This document shows positions 1-9,960 of a stretch of 64,000 bases of DNA, in pieces. Below the pieces are notes generated by a model. The model saw only the letters and a program-made list of their open reading frames with translations, made no database searches and was not told the origin of the DNA. The position numbers and the translations under genes are program-made. The stretch is from Tubiluchus corallicola (lineage: Eukaryota > Animalia > Priapulida), in NCBI GenBank assembly GCA_030141605.1, contig JAQGDQ010002389.1, forward strand, positions 62,001 to 126,000, read 5' to 3'. Positions within the stretch are counted from its first letter, which is position 1, and each line of letters begins with the position of its first letter.

Positions 1-1
1 A

Positions 2-289
2 AAAATAAGTAGTAAACGTATACTCGCTTCCTGTCTTCCAACCCTCAATATATCCATCTAAAGTCGGATCCGTAGGAAATGGATGAATCTCGGAAAAAAT
101 CTGATAATTCTGCTTAAATGAAGCGCCAACAAGCCAAATAAGCGGGTATAACATAATAAAACCAATAATAATCAGTATCGTATACCGGATATAAGCGTTG
201 ATTTTCTCCTTTCTCCTCGTCTTTAAAATTTCTTCTGAAATATTGCCTTCTTGAGAAGGTGTGAAATATTCTGTTGCTACGTTTGTCAT
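2..289 (-). CDS. Carbohydrate ABC transporter permease, TogN-like (5' part only, runs off window)
   Basis: Not in ORF track. ATG at 289 just after the upstream permease stop, with RBS-like AGGA. Hand translation MTNVATEYF...RRKEKINAYIRYTILIIIGFIMLYPLIWLVGASFKQNYQIF...DGYIEGWKTGSEYTF resembles the N-terminus of the oligogalacturonide permease TogN. Confidence 0.85.
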   Translation of the reverse strand, partial: MTNVATEYFTPSQEGNISEEILKTRRKEKINAYIRYTILIIIGFIMLYPLIWLVGASFKQNYQIFSEIHPFPTDPTLDGYIEGWKTGSEYTFTTYF

Positions 290-292
290 ATC

Positions 293-1174
293 CTATTTCT
301 CCTTCTCTCCAGAATAAAACACCCAGTATTTTGACGAACGGAAAACAATGGCTGTAAAAATACCTACAATGATAAATAAAACCCATGATAAGGCCGCACC
401 ATAGCCCATATTGAAATATTTGAAAGATTCCTCGTAAATCATCAGCGATAACAAATAAGTGGACTTTAAAGGGCCCCCGCCTGTAATGATATAAGGGCCA
501 TTAAATTCCTGAAATGCCTGGACAGTCTGCATAATAAAATTAAAAAAGATCACAGGCGTAATAATCGGAATCGTAATCTTAAATAAAACCTGCCATTTAG
601 ACGCGCCATCAATAGAGGACGCCTCGTACAATGAAGCTGGAACATTCTGAAGAGCGGCAAGAAAAATAACCATGGCTGAGCCAAATTGCCAAATTCTTAA
701 AAGAGTAACCGTAAATAAAGCATAACCCGGTGTTCCAAGCCAATTAACTGCCTCAAAACCAAACGTTCCAAGCACCATGTTCATAAGACCATCAATAGAA
801 AAAACATACCGCCATAAAACTGCTATAGCGACACTGCCTCCTAAAATCGACGGTATATAATAAGCCGACCGAAAAAAGTTTATCCCACGTAATTTGAAAT
901 TAAGAACAAACGCTATTAATAAAGCAAAAGCTAGCTTCAAAGGAACAGTCATAAAAACATAAATTAATGTCACAACTAGTGATTTCATAAATAAATCATC
1001 TTCAAATAACATATATTCATAATTTTCCAAACCCAAAAAAAGAGGTGGATCCATTAAATTATAATCTGTAAAACTCAGAACAAATGATGTAAAAAATGGA
1101 TAACATGTAAATGCCATCAACCCCAAGATATAGGGGAGAACATAGGCAAAGCCTAGCCACTTGTTTTCATACAT
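293..1174 (-). CDS. Carbohydrate ABC transporter permease, TogM-like
   Basis: Multiple TM helices and EAA loop (LYEASSIDGASKWQ). N-terminus MYENKWLGFAYVLPYILG and C-terminus SSKYWVFYSG resemble TogM. Confidence 0.9.
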   Translation of the reverse strand: MYENKWLGFAYVLPYILGLMAFTCYPFFTSFVLSFTDYNLMDPPLFLGLENYEYMLFEDDLFMKSLVVTLIYVFMTVPLKLAFALLIAFVLNFKLRGINFFRSAYYIPSILGGSVAIAVLWRYVFSIDGLMNMVLGTFGFEAVNWLGTPGYALFTVTLLRIWQFGSAMVIFLAALQNVPASLYEASSIDGASKWQVLFKITIPIITPVIFFNFIMQTVQAFQEFNGPYIITGGGPLKSTYLLSLMIYEESFKYFNMGYGAALSWVLFIIVGIFTAIVFRSSKYWVFYSGEKEK

Positions 1175-1226
1175 CTTTATACCTCCCTTTAATTTATGAC
1201 TCGTTTATAGCGCCAACTCTACTTCT

Positions 1227-2597
1227 TTACGGCCATCCGGATCCGGCAGGAAGACAATGTCGCATGTTGCTATACATCTCCTCAAATAAATCACGATTTT
1301 CTACCAAAGACAGAGAAACAGCCATAGGATCGTTAAGAAAAATATTAAACACCCTTTCCTTATCACAAGAGGAAACAGCTTCCACCAAACCGTTCTGGTT
1401 ACTGATATGGGACAAAGTGATATCTTCAATAACTTCAGGAAGGCGGCCAGCCACTACAGGACGAACAGAATCCTTCACAAAAACCGCATTCGTCTCAACA
1501 ATAGAGTCTAATGGAAGAGCTTTCATTTGACCGTGGTTAGGGAAATTAACATTGCCGCAATAACTCTCTATACCCGAAAGCGCTAGCAGTTGCTTGATAA
1601 AATCCTCACCGCTCTTTTTTAAGGTTATCGCCTCCTCACCAGAAGCTATTTTACGAGAGCGCTCCCTCAGTGCATCTCTATTTTTTATTCGCCAAGAAAC
1701 CGGCGTTAAGCCAAAATCCCATTCTTTGAAATTCCGTAAATACCAGCTCTGTGGAAAAAAATCCACCAAATGCCGATCCCCTGCCGCAGCTACAGTATGA
1801 AACCGCTTGTATAAATCAAACTTTACCCTTTCTCGCGAAGAAAAATAATGACTTTTTTCATTGGAAGGAGACTCGTCCTTGCTTATCCATATCCCCTCCT
1901 CAGAATAAACATCCACAAGATGCTCCCAGAGAGGGATTAAATCACGATCTTTCCAACGAATCTTATCAACCCAGGTAAAATGGTTAATACCTAACACATT
2001 CAAATGAATATCGTCATGGTTGACATCGCTTGTCCCTTCAAGAATATTAAGAGCACAAGAAGAAATTGCCTTGACTTTAAAAACTTCATGACAACACCCA
2101 TACGCTTTTATAGAAGGAAACGCCGTATAAAGAGCTCGTAAACAAGTACTCATAGGATTCGTGAAATTAAGAATCCACGCAGAAGGGCAATAGGATTCAA
2201 TAGCATAGGCAATGTCAAAAAATAAAGGAATAGTACGTAAAGAACGAAAAATACCACCAAAACCAACCGTATCACCAACCGACTGATAAAGGCCATAACG
2301 CTCCGGAATATGAACATCAGAAGACATGACATCAAAACCAAACGGTAAAATAGAAATAAAAACAAAATCCGCCCCTAAAAGAGCTTCTTGCAAACTCTCT
2401 GAAACATGATAATGCCACGAACCAACAGATTCAGGATGAGAAGAATATAAATTCCCGATAACAGCATTGACTCTCGCAGACTCTTTATCAATATCATAAA
2501 GAAAAACATCTCCCGACAGGCGTGATTCCTGAGCCATGTCATTCATAAATATATGAGCCCAGTTATGCGATCCTCCTCCTATATAAGCAATCTTCAC
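1227..2597 (-). CDS. Family 4 glycoside hydrolase, probable alpha-galacturonidase (LplD-like)
   Basis: NAD-binding KIAYIGGGS, QSVGDTVG, NFTNP, GINHFTW, and the catalytic Cys motif GCCHEV. CHEV is the GH4 alpha-galacturonidase signature. GTG start with GGAGG RBS. Confidence 0.88.
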   Translation of the reverse strand: MKIAYIGGGSHNWAHIFMNDMAQESRLSGDVFLYDIDKESARVNAVIGNLYSSHPESVGSWHYHVSESLQEALLGADFVFISILPFGFDVMSSDVHIPERYGLYQSVGDTVGFGGIFRSLRTIPLFFDIAYAIESYCPSAWILNFTNPMSTCLRALYTAFPSIKAYGCCHEVFKVKAISSCALNILEGTSDVNHDDIHLNVLGINHFTWVDKIRWKDRDLIPLWEHLVDVYSEEGIWISKDESPSNEKSHYFSSRERVKFDLYKRFHTVAAAGDRHLVDFFPQSWYLRNFKEWDFGLTPVSWRIKNRDALRERSRKIASGEEAITLKKSGEDFIKQLLALSGIESYCGNVNFPNHGQMKALPLDSIVETNAVFVKDSVRPVVAGRLPEVIEDITLSHISNQNGLVEAVSSCDKERVFNIFLNDPMAVSLSLVENRDLFEEMYSNMRHCLPAGSGWP

Positions 2598-2766
2598 ACT
2601 ATATTCCTCCCTTAAATAACAGCTTCTTTAGCCTGAGGTTTTTTTTTAATTTTTTTATTTGTAAAACTGTCGCAAATTTACAATAATTATTAAATATCTT
2701 AAATTATAGATTACCTTTAATTATCAAATAAATTAACACGGTTTGTAAATGGATCATTAAAACTAT

Positions 2767-3576
2767 ATGATAGACAAAAGCGTAACTAATCCTATTAATA
2801 TCCTTCACCCAGATAATCTCTCAATTATCCTTTCGCGTCCTCCCATCAGAATGAAACATGACAAATGCTGGAGCGTAAATAAAATCAACCCTACTCACGA
2901 TATATTCATCTGTCTTACAGGAAGCGCGCAATACTGCTTTAATAAGACAGAAACATACCAGCTCTCTGAAGGGGACGCTCTTCTTGCCCTCGCTGGAACA
3001 AATTTTCAAGGTCACATTATTGGTGATAAAATATATACAGGAATCGCACAGCATTTTGAAATCAAACTCTGTAATAAAATTGACCTCTTGCCTTTTTTTA
3101 GGTTCAAAAGAAAAATCACTTTTTCCCGATGGCCAAAAATTAAACCCATCGTGCAGTTGTATCACGAGGAAAATATACCAGAAATACAAAGAAACAGCCT
3201 ATGGCGCGTAATCCTTTTTGAATTTCTCAATGAAGCCTATGAAAATAAAATTTTCAACATCAGCTGCCACTACCATGTTCTTAACGCAGCTCTTAAAATC
3301 ACAAACAATATCGGCGGCAATAAATCCCTTGACGACATTCTAACCACCCTGCCCTACAGTAAAGATTATTTCTTGCGCATGTTTAAAAAAAACCTGGGTA
3401 TGACCCCTCTGCAATTTCAAAACTACCAAAAAATAGAACATGCAAAAAAATATCTTTCCCTGGGATATTCTGTAAAAAAAACATCCCTGTTATGCGGTTA
3501 TAACGATCAATATTATTTCAGTCGTATTTTTAAAAAAATAACAGGCTTTCCTCCCCGAGATCTCAAATTCAAATAA
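2767..3576 (+). CDS. AraC-family transcriptional regulator, divergent from the GH4/ABC operon
   Basis: C-terminal double HTH (YFLRMFKKNLGMTP...CGYNDQYYFSRIFKKITGFPP) and N-terminal cupin-like sensor. Confidence 0.92.
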   Translation: MIDKSVTNPINILHPDNLSIILSRPPIRMKHDKCWSVNKINPTHDIFICLTGSAQYCFNKTETYQLSEGDALLALAGTNFQGHIIGDKIYTGIAQHFEIKLCNKIDLLPFFRFKRKITFSRWPKIKPIVQLYHEENIPEIQRNSLWRVILFEFLNEAYENKIFNISCHYHVLNAALKITNNIGGNKSLDDILTTLPYSKDYFLRMFKKNLGMTPLQFQNYQKIEHAKKYLSLGYSVKKTSLLCGYNDQYYFSRIFKKITGFPPRDLKFK

Positions 3577-3584
3577 CTCGGAAT

Positions 3585-3617
3585 AAAAAAAGAGGCACAT
3601 CATGTGTGCCCCTCTCT
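3585..3617. terminator. Probable intrinsic terminator between convergent araC and hlyD-like genes
   Basis: Stem GGCACA-TCATG-TGTGCC extended by AGAG/CTCT, preceded by an A-run (U-tract on the - strand). Confidence 0.6.
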
Positions 3618-3641
3618 CATTAAAAATATTTACCACTATTT

Positions 3642-4964
3642 CTACGGCTCTGTGAACGCGTAATCCGTAGTTTTAATCAATGGTTTTAAAAGATATTCCA
3701 GAACAGTTCTCTTGCGCCCTAAAATTTCCACTGTCGCTAACATACCAGGGCCAATTTCTAAAACCTCTCCTTTATGCTCCAAATGCGTCTCTTCCGTGCG
3801 AATATCCACCTGAAAATAATAATCCTGCTGGCGCTCGTCTTCTATCGCATCAGGGCTGATATACTCGATAGCTCCCGATAATCCACCGTAAATTGAAAAA
3901 TCATACGCCGACATCTTAATACGCGCTTCCTGACCTAGCGCAATAGAACCAATATCCTCAGGCCGCACCTTAGCACGAATAAGTAAACTATCCTCTAAAG
4001 GAACAATCTCAACAAGATCAGCGCCAGGCTGTATAACTCCTCCGATCGTATTGACATGAATTGTCTTGATTAACCCTTTTACAGGAGAAAGAACATCACT
4101 CCGTTGGACCTTATCAATATAAGCCACAATTGCCTGCTCGACTTGAGATAATTCAGCACTAATCCGCGTGTATTCCGTCAAAGCCGCGGAGCGAAAAACC
4201 TGCTGCCTTTCCGTAACACGACGTTCAGATTCCTCAACAGCGTTCTGAAGACGTGTCAACGCAAGCTTTAAAGATCCCTTCTCATTTTCAAGTTCATTAA
4301 CTTCACGCTGAAGACGCAACAATGTAACACGAGGAACCGTACCTGTATTCACAAGAGGGCGTGTTAAATCCAACTCTTCCTTCGCATACCTAAGGCTGCT
4401 TGATAGATTGTCAATACGAACAATCGTTTCTTCATATTCCTGCTGACGCTGAATAACCTGGCTTTGCAAAATAAAAACCTGTGCTTCCAGCTCTTCCTGA
4501 CGTGCTTTATAAAGATCTGTCTCACTCTGAACGATTATCGACGCATGCTTCTTAATCTCATCGGAAAATTGAAGGGGTTTTTCATTCCCTTCCGCAAATA
4601 AACGACTTTGCGACGCTAGTAAAGTATATCGTCGAACACGCTGCTCCTCTAAAGAGGAAACGAAAGAAACATTCTCAATTTGCAGTAAAACCTGCTGCGC
4701 ATCGACAATATCACCCTCTTGAACGGATATTGCTTTAACAATTCCCCCTTCAAGATTTTGAACTTTTTTTATCTCAGAAGAAGGAACGACACGCCCCTCA
4801 CCTCGAATAACCGTGTCTAACTCAGCCCATCTCGCCCAAAAAAAGATCGACACCAAACAAAGCGCAGTAATTAAAAACAAGATTTTAGAAACAGGACTAG
4901 CACCTCCCATTTCCGCAGCGACAACATCTGAATAAAAATCCTTATCAGACCAATTTTGTGACAT
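3642..4964 (-). CDS. HlyD-family type I secretion membrane fusion protein (LapC-like)
   Basis: N-terminal TM, GEGRVVPS, VQNLEGGIV, long coiled coil, SPVKGLI, IGGVIQPG, AYDFSIYG, GMLATVEILGRKRTVLEYLLKP. Confidence 0.95.
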   Translation of the reverse strand: MSQNWSDKDFYSDVVAAEMGGASPVSKILFLITALCLVSIFFWARWAELDTVIRGEGRVVPSSEIKKVQNLEGGIVKAISVQEGDIVDAQQVLLQIENVSFVSSLEEQRVRRYTLLASQSRLFAEGNEKPLQFSDEIKKHASIIVQSETDLYKARQEELEAQVFILQSQVIQRQQEYEETIVRIDNLSSSLRYAKEELDLTRPLVNTGTVPRVTLLRLQREVNELENEKGSLKLALTRLQNAVEESERRVTERQQVFRSAALTEYTRISAELSQVEQAIVAYIDKVQRSDVLSPVKGLIKTIHVNTIGGVIQPGADLVEIVPLEDSLLIRAKVRPEDIGSIALGQEARIKMSAYDFSIYGGLSGAIEYISPDAIEDERQQDYYFQVDIRTEETHLEHKGEVLEIGPGMLATVEILGRKRTVLEYLLKPLIKTTDYAFTEP

Positions 4965-5008
4965 ATTCTATGCCCCTACCGTTATTAAATAATTTACCCA
5001 CACACTAT

Positions 5009-7375
5009 TTATTGTAAAAGTGCAGCTTTTTTCTTGCGCGCACCTTTAAGAATCTCCTCACAAGGCCCATCAGCATTGATAGAGCCTCGACTCATGACAA
5101 TTAAACGATCAACAGCCTGAAACAAAGATGGACGATGTGTAACAATAAGCAAAGTCTTATCTTTAAACCCTTCCTTTAATCGCTCAACAAAATGGCGCTC
5201 TGATGTCATATCCATCATACTTGTCGGCTCGTCAAGCATTAAAATTGGCGGATTCGGCAACAAAGCACGCGCAAGAGCAATACATTGGCGCTGCCCTCCG
5301 GAAAGAGTCGCGCCTCGCTCTCCAACCGCTAAATCATATCCACTAGGATGTTTGCTAACAAATTCATCAACTCCCGCAAGTCTGGCAGACTCAAGAATCA
5401 TTGCGTCTTCCGCATAAGGCGCTCCCATAGAAATATTATCTCGGACAGTTCCTTGAAAAAGAAGAATATCCTGCATTGTAACCCCGACAGCACGACGAAT
5501 ATCTGCCGGATCAATTTGCCGCACATCCGTGCCATCAATCAATACAGAACCTTCCTGAGGCTCGTATAAGCCTATAAGCAACTTGGAAACAGTCGATTTT
5601 CCCGATCCAATCGGTCCTAAGAATGCAACACGCTCACCAGACTTGATTCGAAAAGAAACTTCCTTCAGCGCATGAAGATTACTCTGAGGGTAGGTAAATG
5701 ATACATCTCGAAACTCAATCTCACCATGCGTTAAATGGCGGCTAAGATATTTTTTATCTGGCTCACGCTCGACAGGATAAGCCATAATTTCATTCAGACT
5801 TTGAAAACTCTCTAAAGATTGATGAAGACGAGAAAGCAATCCTGCTATCTGCCCCAATGGCGCCATAGTGCGACCAGATAATATACTACACGCAATCAAA
5901 GCACCCATCGTAATTTCCTGCTCCTTGATTAAGCCAACACCAACAAAAACAACAGCAACTGTCACAAGCTGCTGAATTGAACCGGAAAAATTAATACCAA
6001 GTTGAGAAATCATACGAGCCTTTTGCCCTGTCTGGGCTGACTGTCCAACAAATTTTTCCCATTCATTTTGCATTTTTCCCTCAGCTCCAAGACTCTTAAT
6101 CGTCTCAAGACCGCCAATAGTCTCAACAATCACACCTTGTTTCTGAGCACTCTCTTGAATACTTTTGTTGACAGCCTTCCGTAAAGGAAACTGAAAAATT
6201 AACCCCATAATAATAACAACAGGAACCGCTACAAGCAAAACATACGAAACAGGGCCCGCAATTAACCAAATGACAAAAATAAAAATTCCTAAAAAAGGAA
6301 CATCCACAAGAGCAATCAAAGTCGCAGATGTGAAAAATTCCCGAAGAGACTCATAATCTCTGATCCTATTCGCGAAACCACCCGCCGAACCAGGGCAGGA
6401 TTCCATCTTAATATTTAAAACATGCTCAAAGATACGACCGGAAAGAAGAACATCCGCTCGCTTTCCCGCATTATCAACAAAATAACCCCGTAATGTCTTT
6501 AATATAAAATCAAACGAAATCGCTATGATCATACCAATAGAAAGAGCAATCAATGTTTCTATCGCATCATTCGGAACAACACGATCATAAACATTCATCG
6601 TATAAAGTGGTGTAATGACAGCTAAGGTGTTAATCATAATTGCCGCCAAAATAACCTGAATATAGCTTTTGGAAAATAAACTCAATGTTCCCCAAAACCA
6701 AGATCCTGTAAAATTACTGCGTTTATCTTGCTGCTGACGCGTAAAATGAAACTTAGGGCGAATAAATATCGCATGATTATCATACTGTTCCTCTAAAGCC
6801 TCAACAGAAAGAATCTCCTTCCCTTCTCCGCTTTCAGGAAGAATAACTTCACACTTATCCCTTTCTATTTTTGTAAGAATACAAGCCTTCTTACCCTTTA
6901 AAATAAGAACAGCAGGAAGAACTAAAGGAGGGATATCCGAAAATTCACGACGAACAATACGCGCGCTAAAGTTAGCCCGCTGAGCCGCTCGAACAAATAA
7001 GGCAGGCGTCAATCCTTCTTCTTCCAAAGGAAGACCTGAAACTAAAGATTCCCCCGAATGAGGAATAGAAAATATCTGGGTAATATTAACAAGGCATCCC
7101 AGTAATGGATCCTGAGATCCCCGGCGAATATCAGACGCTTTATAAGACCAACGAGGTCCCTGATACTCTTCCTTTTCAGGACTCTCGCCAGCCCCCCCTT
7201 GTATATTCGGTGGCACCATTCCCGCAGGGAAAGCCCCTTTTCCTTTTTTCGCATGAGCCTCTTGAGCGGCCTTAAACTGCTCTGGCGTAATTTTCGGCGC
7301 TTCCGGAAGTGCTTTATTGGTATCTTTATTTAGATTTTCTTCTTTTACCTGGTCATCATGTGGCTTCTCAACCAT
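5009..7375 (-). CDS. Type I secretion ABC permease/ATPase with C39-like domain (LapB/LssB-like)
   Basis: DPLLGCL...SGLP C39-like domain, WFWGTL, NVYDRVVPN, Walker A GPIGSGKS, LSGGQRQ, LDEPTS, VTHR. Confidence 0.95.
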   Translation of the reverse strand: MVEKPHDDQVKEENLNKDTNKALPEAPKITPEQFKAAQEAHAKKGKGAFPAGMVPPNIQGGAGESPEKEEYQGPRWSYKASDIRRGSQDPLLGCLVNITQIFSIPHSGESLVSGLPLEEEGLTPALFVRAAQRANFSARIVRREFSDIPPLVLPAVLILKGKKACILTKIERDKCEVILPESGEGKEILSVEALEEQYDNHAIFIRPKFHFTRQQQDKRSNFTGSWFWGTLSLFSKSYIQVILAAIMINTLAVITPLYTMNVYDRVVPNDAIETLIALSIGMIIAISFDFILKTLRGYFVDNAGKRADVLLSGRIFEHVLNIKMESCPGSAGGFANRIRDYESLREFFTSATLIALVDVPFLGIFIFVIWLIAGPVSYVLLVAVPVVIIMGLIFQFPLRKAVNKSIQESAQKQGVIVETIGGLETIKSLGAEGKMQNEWEKFVGQSAQTGQKARMISQLGINFSGSIQQLVTVAVVFVGVGLIKEQEITMGALIACSILSGRTMAPLGQIAGLLSRLHQSLESFQSLNEIMAYPVEREPDKKYLSRHLTHGEIEFRDVSFTYPQSNLHALKEVSFRIKSGERVAFLGPIGSGKSTVSKLLIGLYEPQEGSVLIDGTDVRQIDPADIRRAVGVTMQDILLFQGTVRDNISMGAPYAEDAMILESARLAGVDEFVSKHPSGYDLAVGERGATLSGGQRQCIALARALLPNPPILMLDEPTSMMDMTSERHFVERLKEGFKDKTLLIVTHRPSLFQAVDRLIVMSRGSINADGPCEEILKGARKKKAALLQ

Positions 7376-7569
7376 GAATTTTCCCTTTTTCTATTATAAA
7401 ATAAAAAGACTGTAATACAATAACTCAACTACCCGTAACAGACAGTCGTTAGCAAATATCATCTTTTCAGAAATATACTTTGATCTTGTACTATAAAATA
7501 AGCAATAAATATTAAAATACTACAATAAATTAAAAAAAAAAATATATATAATTACCTTGTAAAAAAAAA

Positions 7570-8271
7570 TTAATTTACCATTGAATGCAAAGTAGAGCGC
7601 AATAAATTCGCACCAGGATAAGCATAACGATTTTTCAGAACAATCTCTTCCGGAGTCACATGAGGACCATACCAAGATTCATTTAAATCCACACGGCGAA
7701 TGATTCCTCCTCCCTTAATATTGACTCCTCCATAAACTCCCAGCAAAGTGTTAGAAAAACCAATAATATCAAAGTTTGCGTTCGTTGTTGAATATCCTTC
7801 AATACCAGCGCCAATAAATCCAAACGAAACTTTAGCATCAGGACCTATATGAAACTGATCCTCAATAATAGAAGAGAGTCCCTTATCCGTCTTCACAAGC
7901 ATAATATGTTCCGCATTCTGAACCCCAAACTGAATTCCCAAACTTCCTGACGCTAACATATAAAAAGCCGGGTAGCCCCAGCTTCCATCGTCTAAACGAC
8001 GAATTAAAAGTCCATTGCCCGCATCTGAGCCAACAAAAAGACCCGCCGCCGTAACAGAAGGAAAAATCATAACAGCTTTCGCATTCTGTAAATGATTCCG
8101 AAATTCAGGGTAAGATTCCTCATGTGCATAAAAGCGCTCCAAAGTTCCTACAGAAGTATCAACAATATATTGCGCTAAAATTTTCCCTTCACGCCCCCCT
8201 ACACCTGCGCACGCCGACAATAGAAAAATTAAAAAAACATAATTGGCTAGAATACTTACTTTTTTCAACAT
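7570..8271 (-). CDS. SYLF/Ysc84 lipid-binding domain lipoprotein
   Basis: Lipobox LSAC, then AKAVMIFPSV, GLFVGSDAGNGLL, WGYPAFY, GSLGIQFGVQ. Confidence 0.88.
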   Translation of the reverse strand: MLKKVSILANYVFLIFLLSACAGVGGREGKILAQYIVDTSVGTLERFYAHEESYPEFRNHLQNAKAVMIFPSVTAAGLFVGSDAGNGLLIRRLDDGSWGYPAFYMLASGSLGIQFGVQNAEHIMLVKTDKGLSSIIEDQFHIGPDAKVSFGFIGAGIEGYSTTNANFDIIGFSNTLLGVYGGVNIKGGGIIRRVDLNESWYGPHVTPEEIVLKNRYAYPGANLLRSTLHSMVN

Positions 8272-8302
8272 ATTTTTTCTTTCTTATTATCCCAGTATAC
8301 CC

Positions 8303-8944
8303 TTATACATTTTTCCCCGGTAACCAGTTAACTTGATTGATCTCCCACTTTCCTGTAACTTTTCCTATCCAGTATCCTTCATGAACATAAGCAATACGCG
8401 TTAAAGAGTTATTATCAATAACAAATTGAATCCCATGCGGCAAATCCCCCAGCGCTATCGATAAAGCAGCACGAATAGTTCCTCCATGAGCAACCGCTAT
8501 AATATCAGAGCCTGAATATTTTTGAGTATAAGCTTCTATCACTTTGCGTACACGAGCCACTAAGGCAGAAAAAGTCTCTCCATTAGGCGGGGAATTATAA
8601 ATGGGGTCTTCAAAAAACAAACGACTCTCCTGATCAGAGGAGGTAAGTAAATCCTCCCATCTTTCAATCCCTTCCCAACAACCAAAACTTTGCTCTCCAA
8701 GATTCTCCTCCCGATAAATTTTCTCAACAGAAAATCCCGTATCAATAATAGCCTGCGCCGTATGGCGAGCACGAGACAAATGACTTGTTACCCAAATCGC
8801 ATCTTGTGGCAAAACAGCATTCAATCCACGATAATGACCATAATTCGATGTATCGCACGCAACGTCACTGCTACCATAAACAAACCCCTGTGTCTTAATA
8901 ACAGGTGCATGCCGAATCCACCACCAGCGCGTTTTCTTTTTCAT
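8303..8944 (-). CDS. Histidine phosphatase family protein (CobC/GpmB-like)
   Basis: RHA catalytic motif, TSHLSRA, EQSFGCWEG, PPNGET, VAHGGTIR. Confidence 0.9.
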   Translation of the reverse strand: MKKKTRWWWIRHAPVIKTQGFVYGSSDVACDTSNYGHYRGLNAVLPQDAIWVTSHLSRARHTAQAIIDTGFSVEKIYREENLGEQSFGCWEGIERWEDLLTSSDQESRLFFEDPIYNSPPNGETFSALVARVRKVIEAYTQKYSGSDIIAVAHGGTIRAALSIALGDLPHGIQFVIDNNSLTRIAYVHEGYWIGKVTGKWEINQVNWLPGKNV

Positions 8945-9008
8945 AATCTCTATTCCCTATTTCCCATAATAATATCTTTCCTATTGTTACATAAGATATA
9001 GATTAACA

Positions 9009-9941
9009 CTACCCTACAAAAGGCTCAAGTTTTTCTCCCTTTTCAATACAATAGCCCCGTAAAAAATCTGTGGCGCCAACAGAGCCCTTTCCCGCACGCT
9101 GAATTTTCTCTATCCGCAAAGATCCCTCCCCACAAGCAATAATCAGAGGGTCTGTCTCTAAAACAACTGAAGGCTCACCCGCCGGAAACGGAAGATAAGT
9201 CACCTCTAAAAGCTTAATTCGAACATTATTATGATAAAAGAAAGCACTCGGCCAAGGCGTAAATGCACGTACCATTCTTTCAATGTGCTCTGCGGAAAAA
9301 GACCAGTCAATATGGCCATAATCTCTCTTTAGCTTAGGCGCTAAAGTCGCTAGGGACGATTCTTGCTTACACGCTATTAATTTCCCCGCCTGCAGCTGCT
9401 CAAGAGCAACTTTAATCTGCTCCGCACCTAGAAAAGATAGCATATCATGAAGTTCACCTGCCGTTATATCTCCCTTTAAAGAACAGTCTTTCTGAAGCAA
9501 AATATCTCCCGTATCCACACCCTGATCCATCTGCATAATCGTAACACCACTACGATTATCCCCCGCAAGTATCGTTTGCTGAATCGGAGACGCTCCCCGC
9601 CAACGCGGCAATAAAGACGCATGAATATTAAAACAGCCTTCTTTAGGAATTTCTAAAATAGGCTGCGGCAAAATTAAACCATAAGAAACAATAATGGCAA
9701 TATCAGGCTGAAGCGCTTTTAAAAATTCCTCTTCTTCCTTCTTTCTTAAAGAAACTGGATAATGAACCGGTAAATTCAACCGCTCCGCAGCTTCATGAAC
9801 AGCACACTTCCGTACCTTCATTCCTCGAGAAGACGGACGAGGCGGCTGGCAATAAACCTGAACAATTGAATAGCCCGCATCATGAAGAGCATAAAGAGAA
9901 GGTACTGAAAAATCAGCGCTTCCCATAAAAACAACACGCAT
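9009..9941 (-). CDS. fmt: Methionyl-tRNA formyltransferase
   Basis: MRVVFMGSADF, NIHASLLPRWRGASPIQ, MDQGVDTGD; adjacent to def. Confidence 0.97.
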   Translation of the reverse strand: MRVVFMGSADFSVPSLYALHDAGYSIVQVYCQPPRPSSRGMKVRKCAVHEAAERLNLPVHYPVSLRKKEEEEFLKALQPDIAIIVSYGLILPQPILEIPKEGCFNIHASLLPRWRGASPIQQTILAGDNRSGVTIMQMDQGVDTGDILLQKDCSLKGDITAGELHDMLSFLGAEQIKVALEQLQAGKLIACKQESSLATLAPKLKRDYGHIDWSFSAEHIERMVRAFTPWPSAFFYHNNVRIKLLEVTYLPFPAGEPSVVLETDPLIIACGEGSLRIEKIQRAGKGSVGATDFLRGYCIEKGEKLEPFVG

Positions 9942-9960
9942 AAAATCCCCTTTCTATTTC

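Noticed and set aside
114-386. 90-aa ORF in track
   Set aside because: Off-frame shadow of the two real ABC permease genes.
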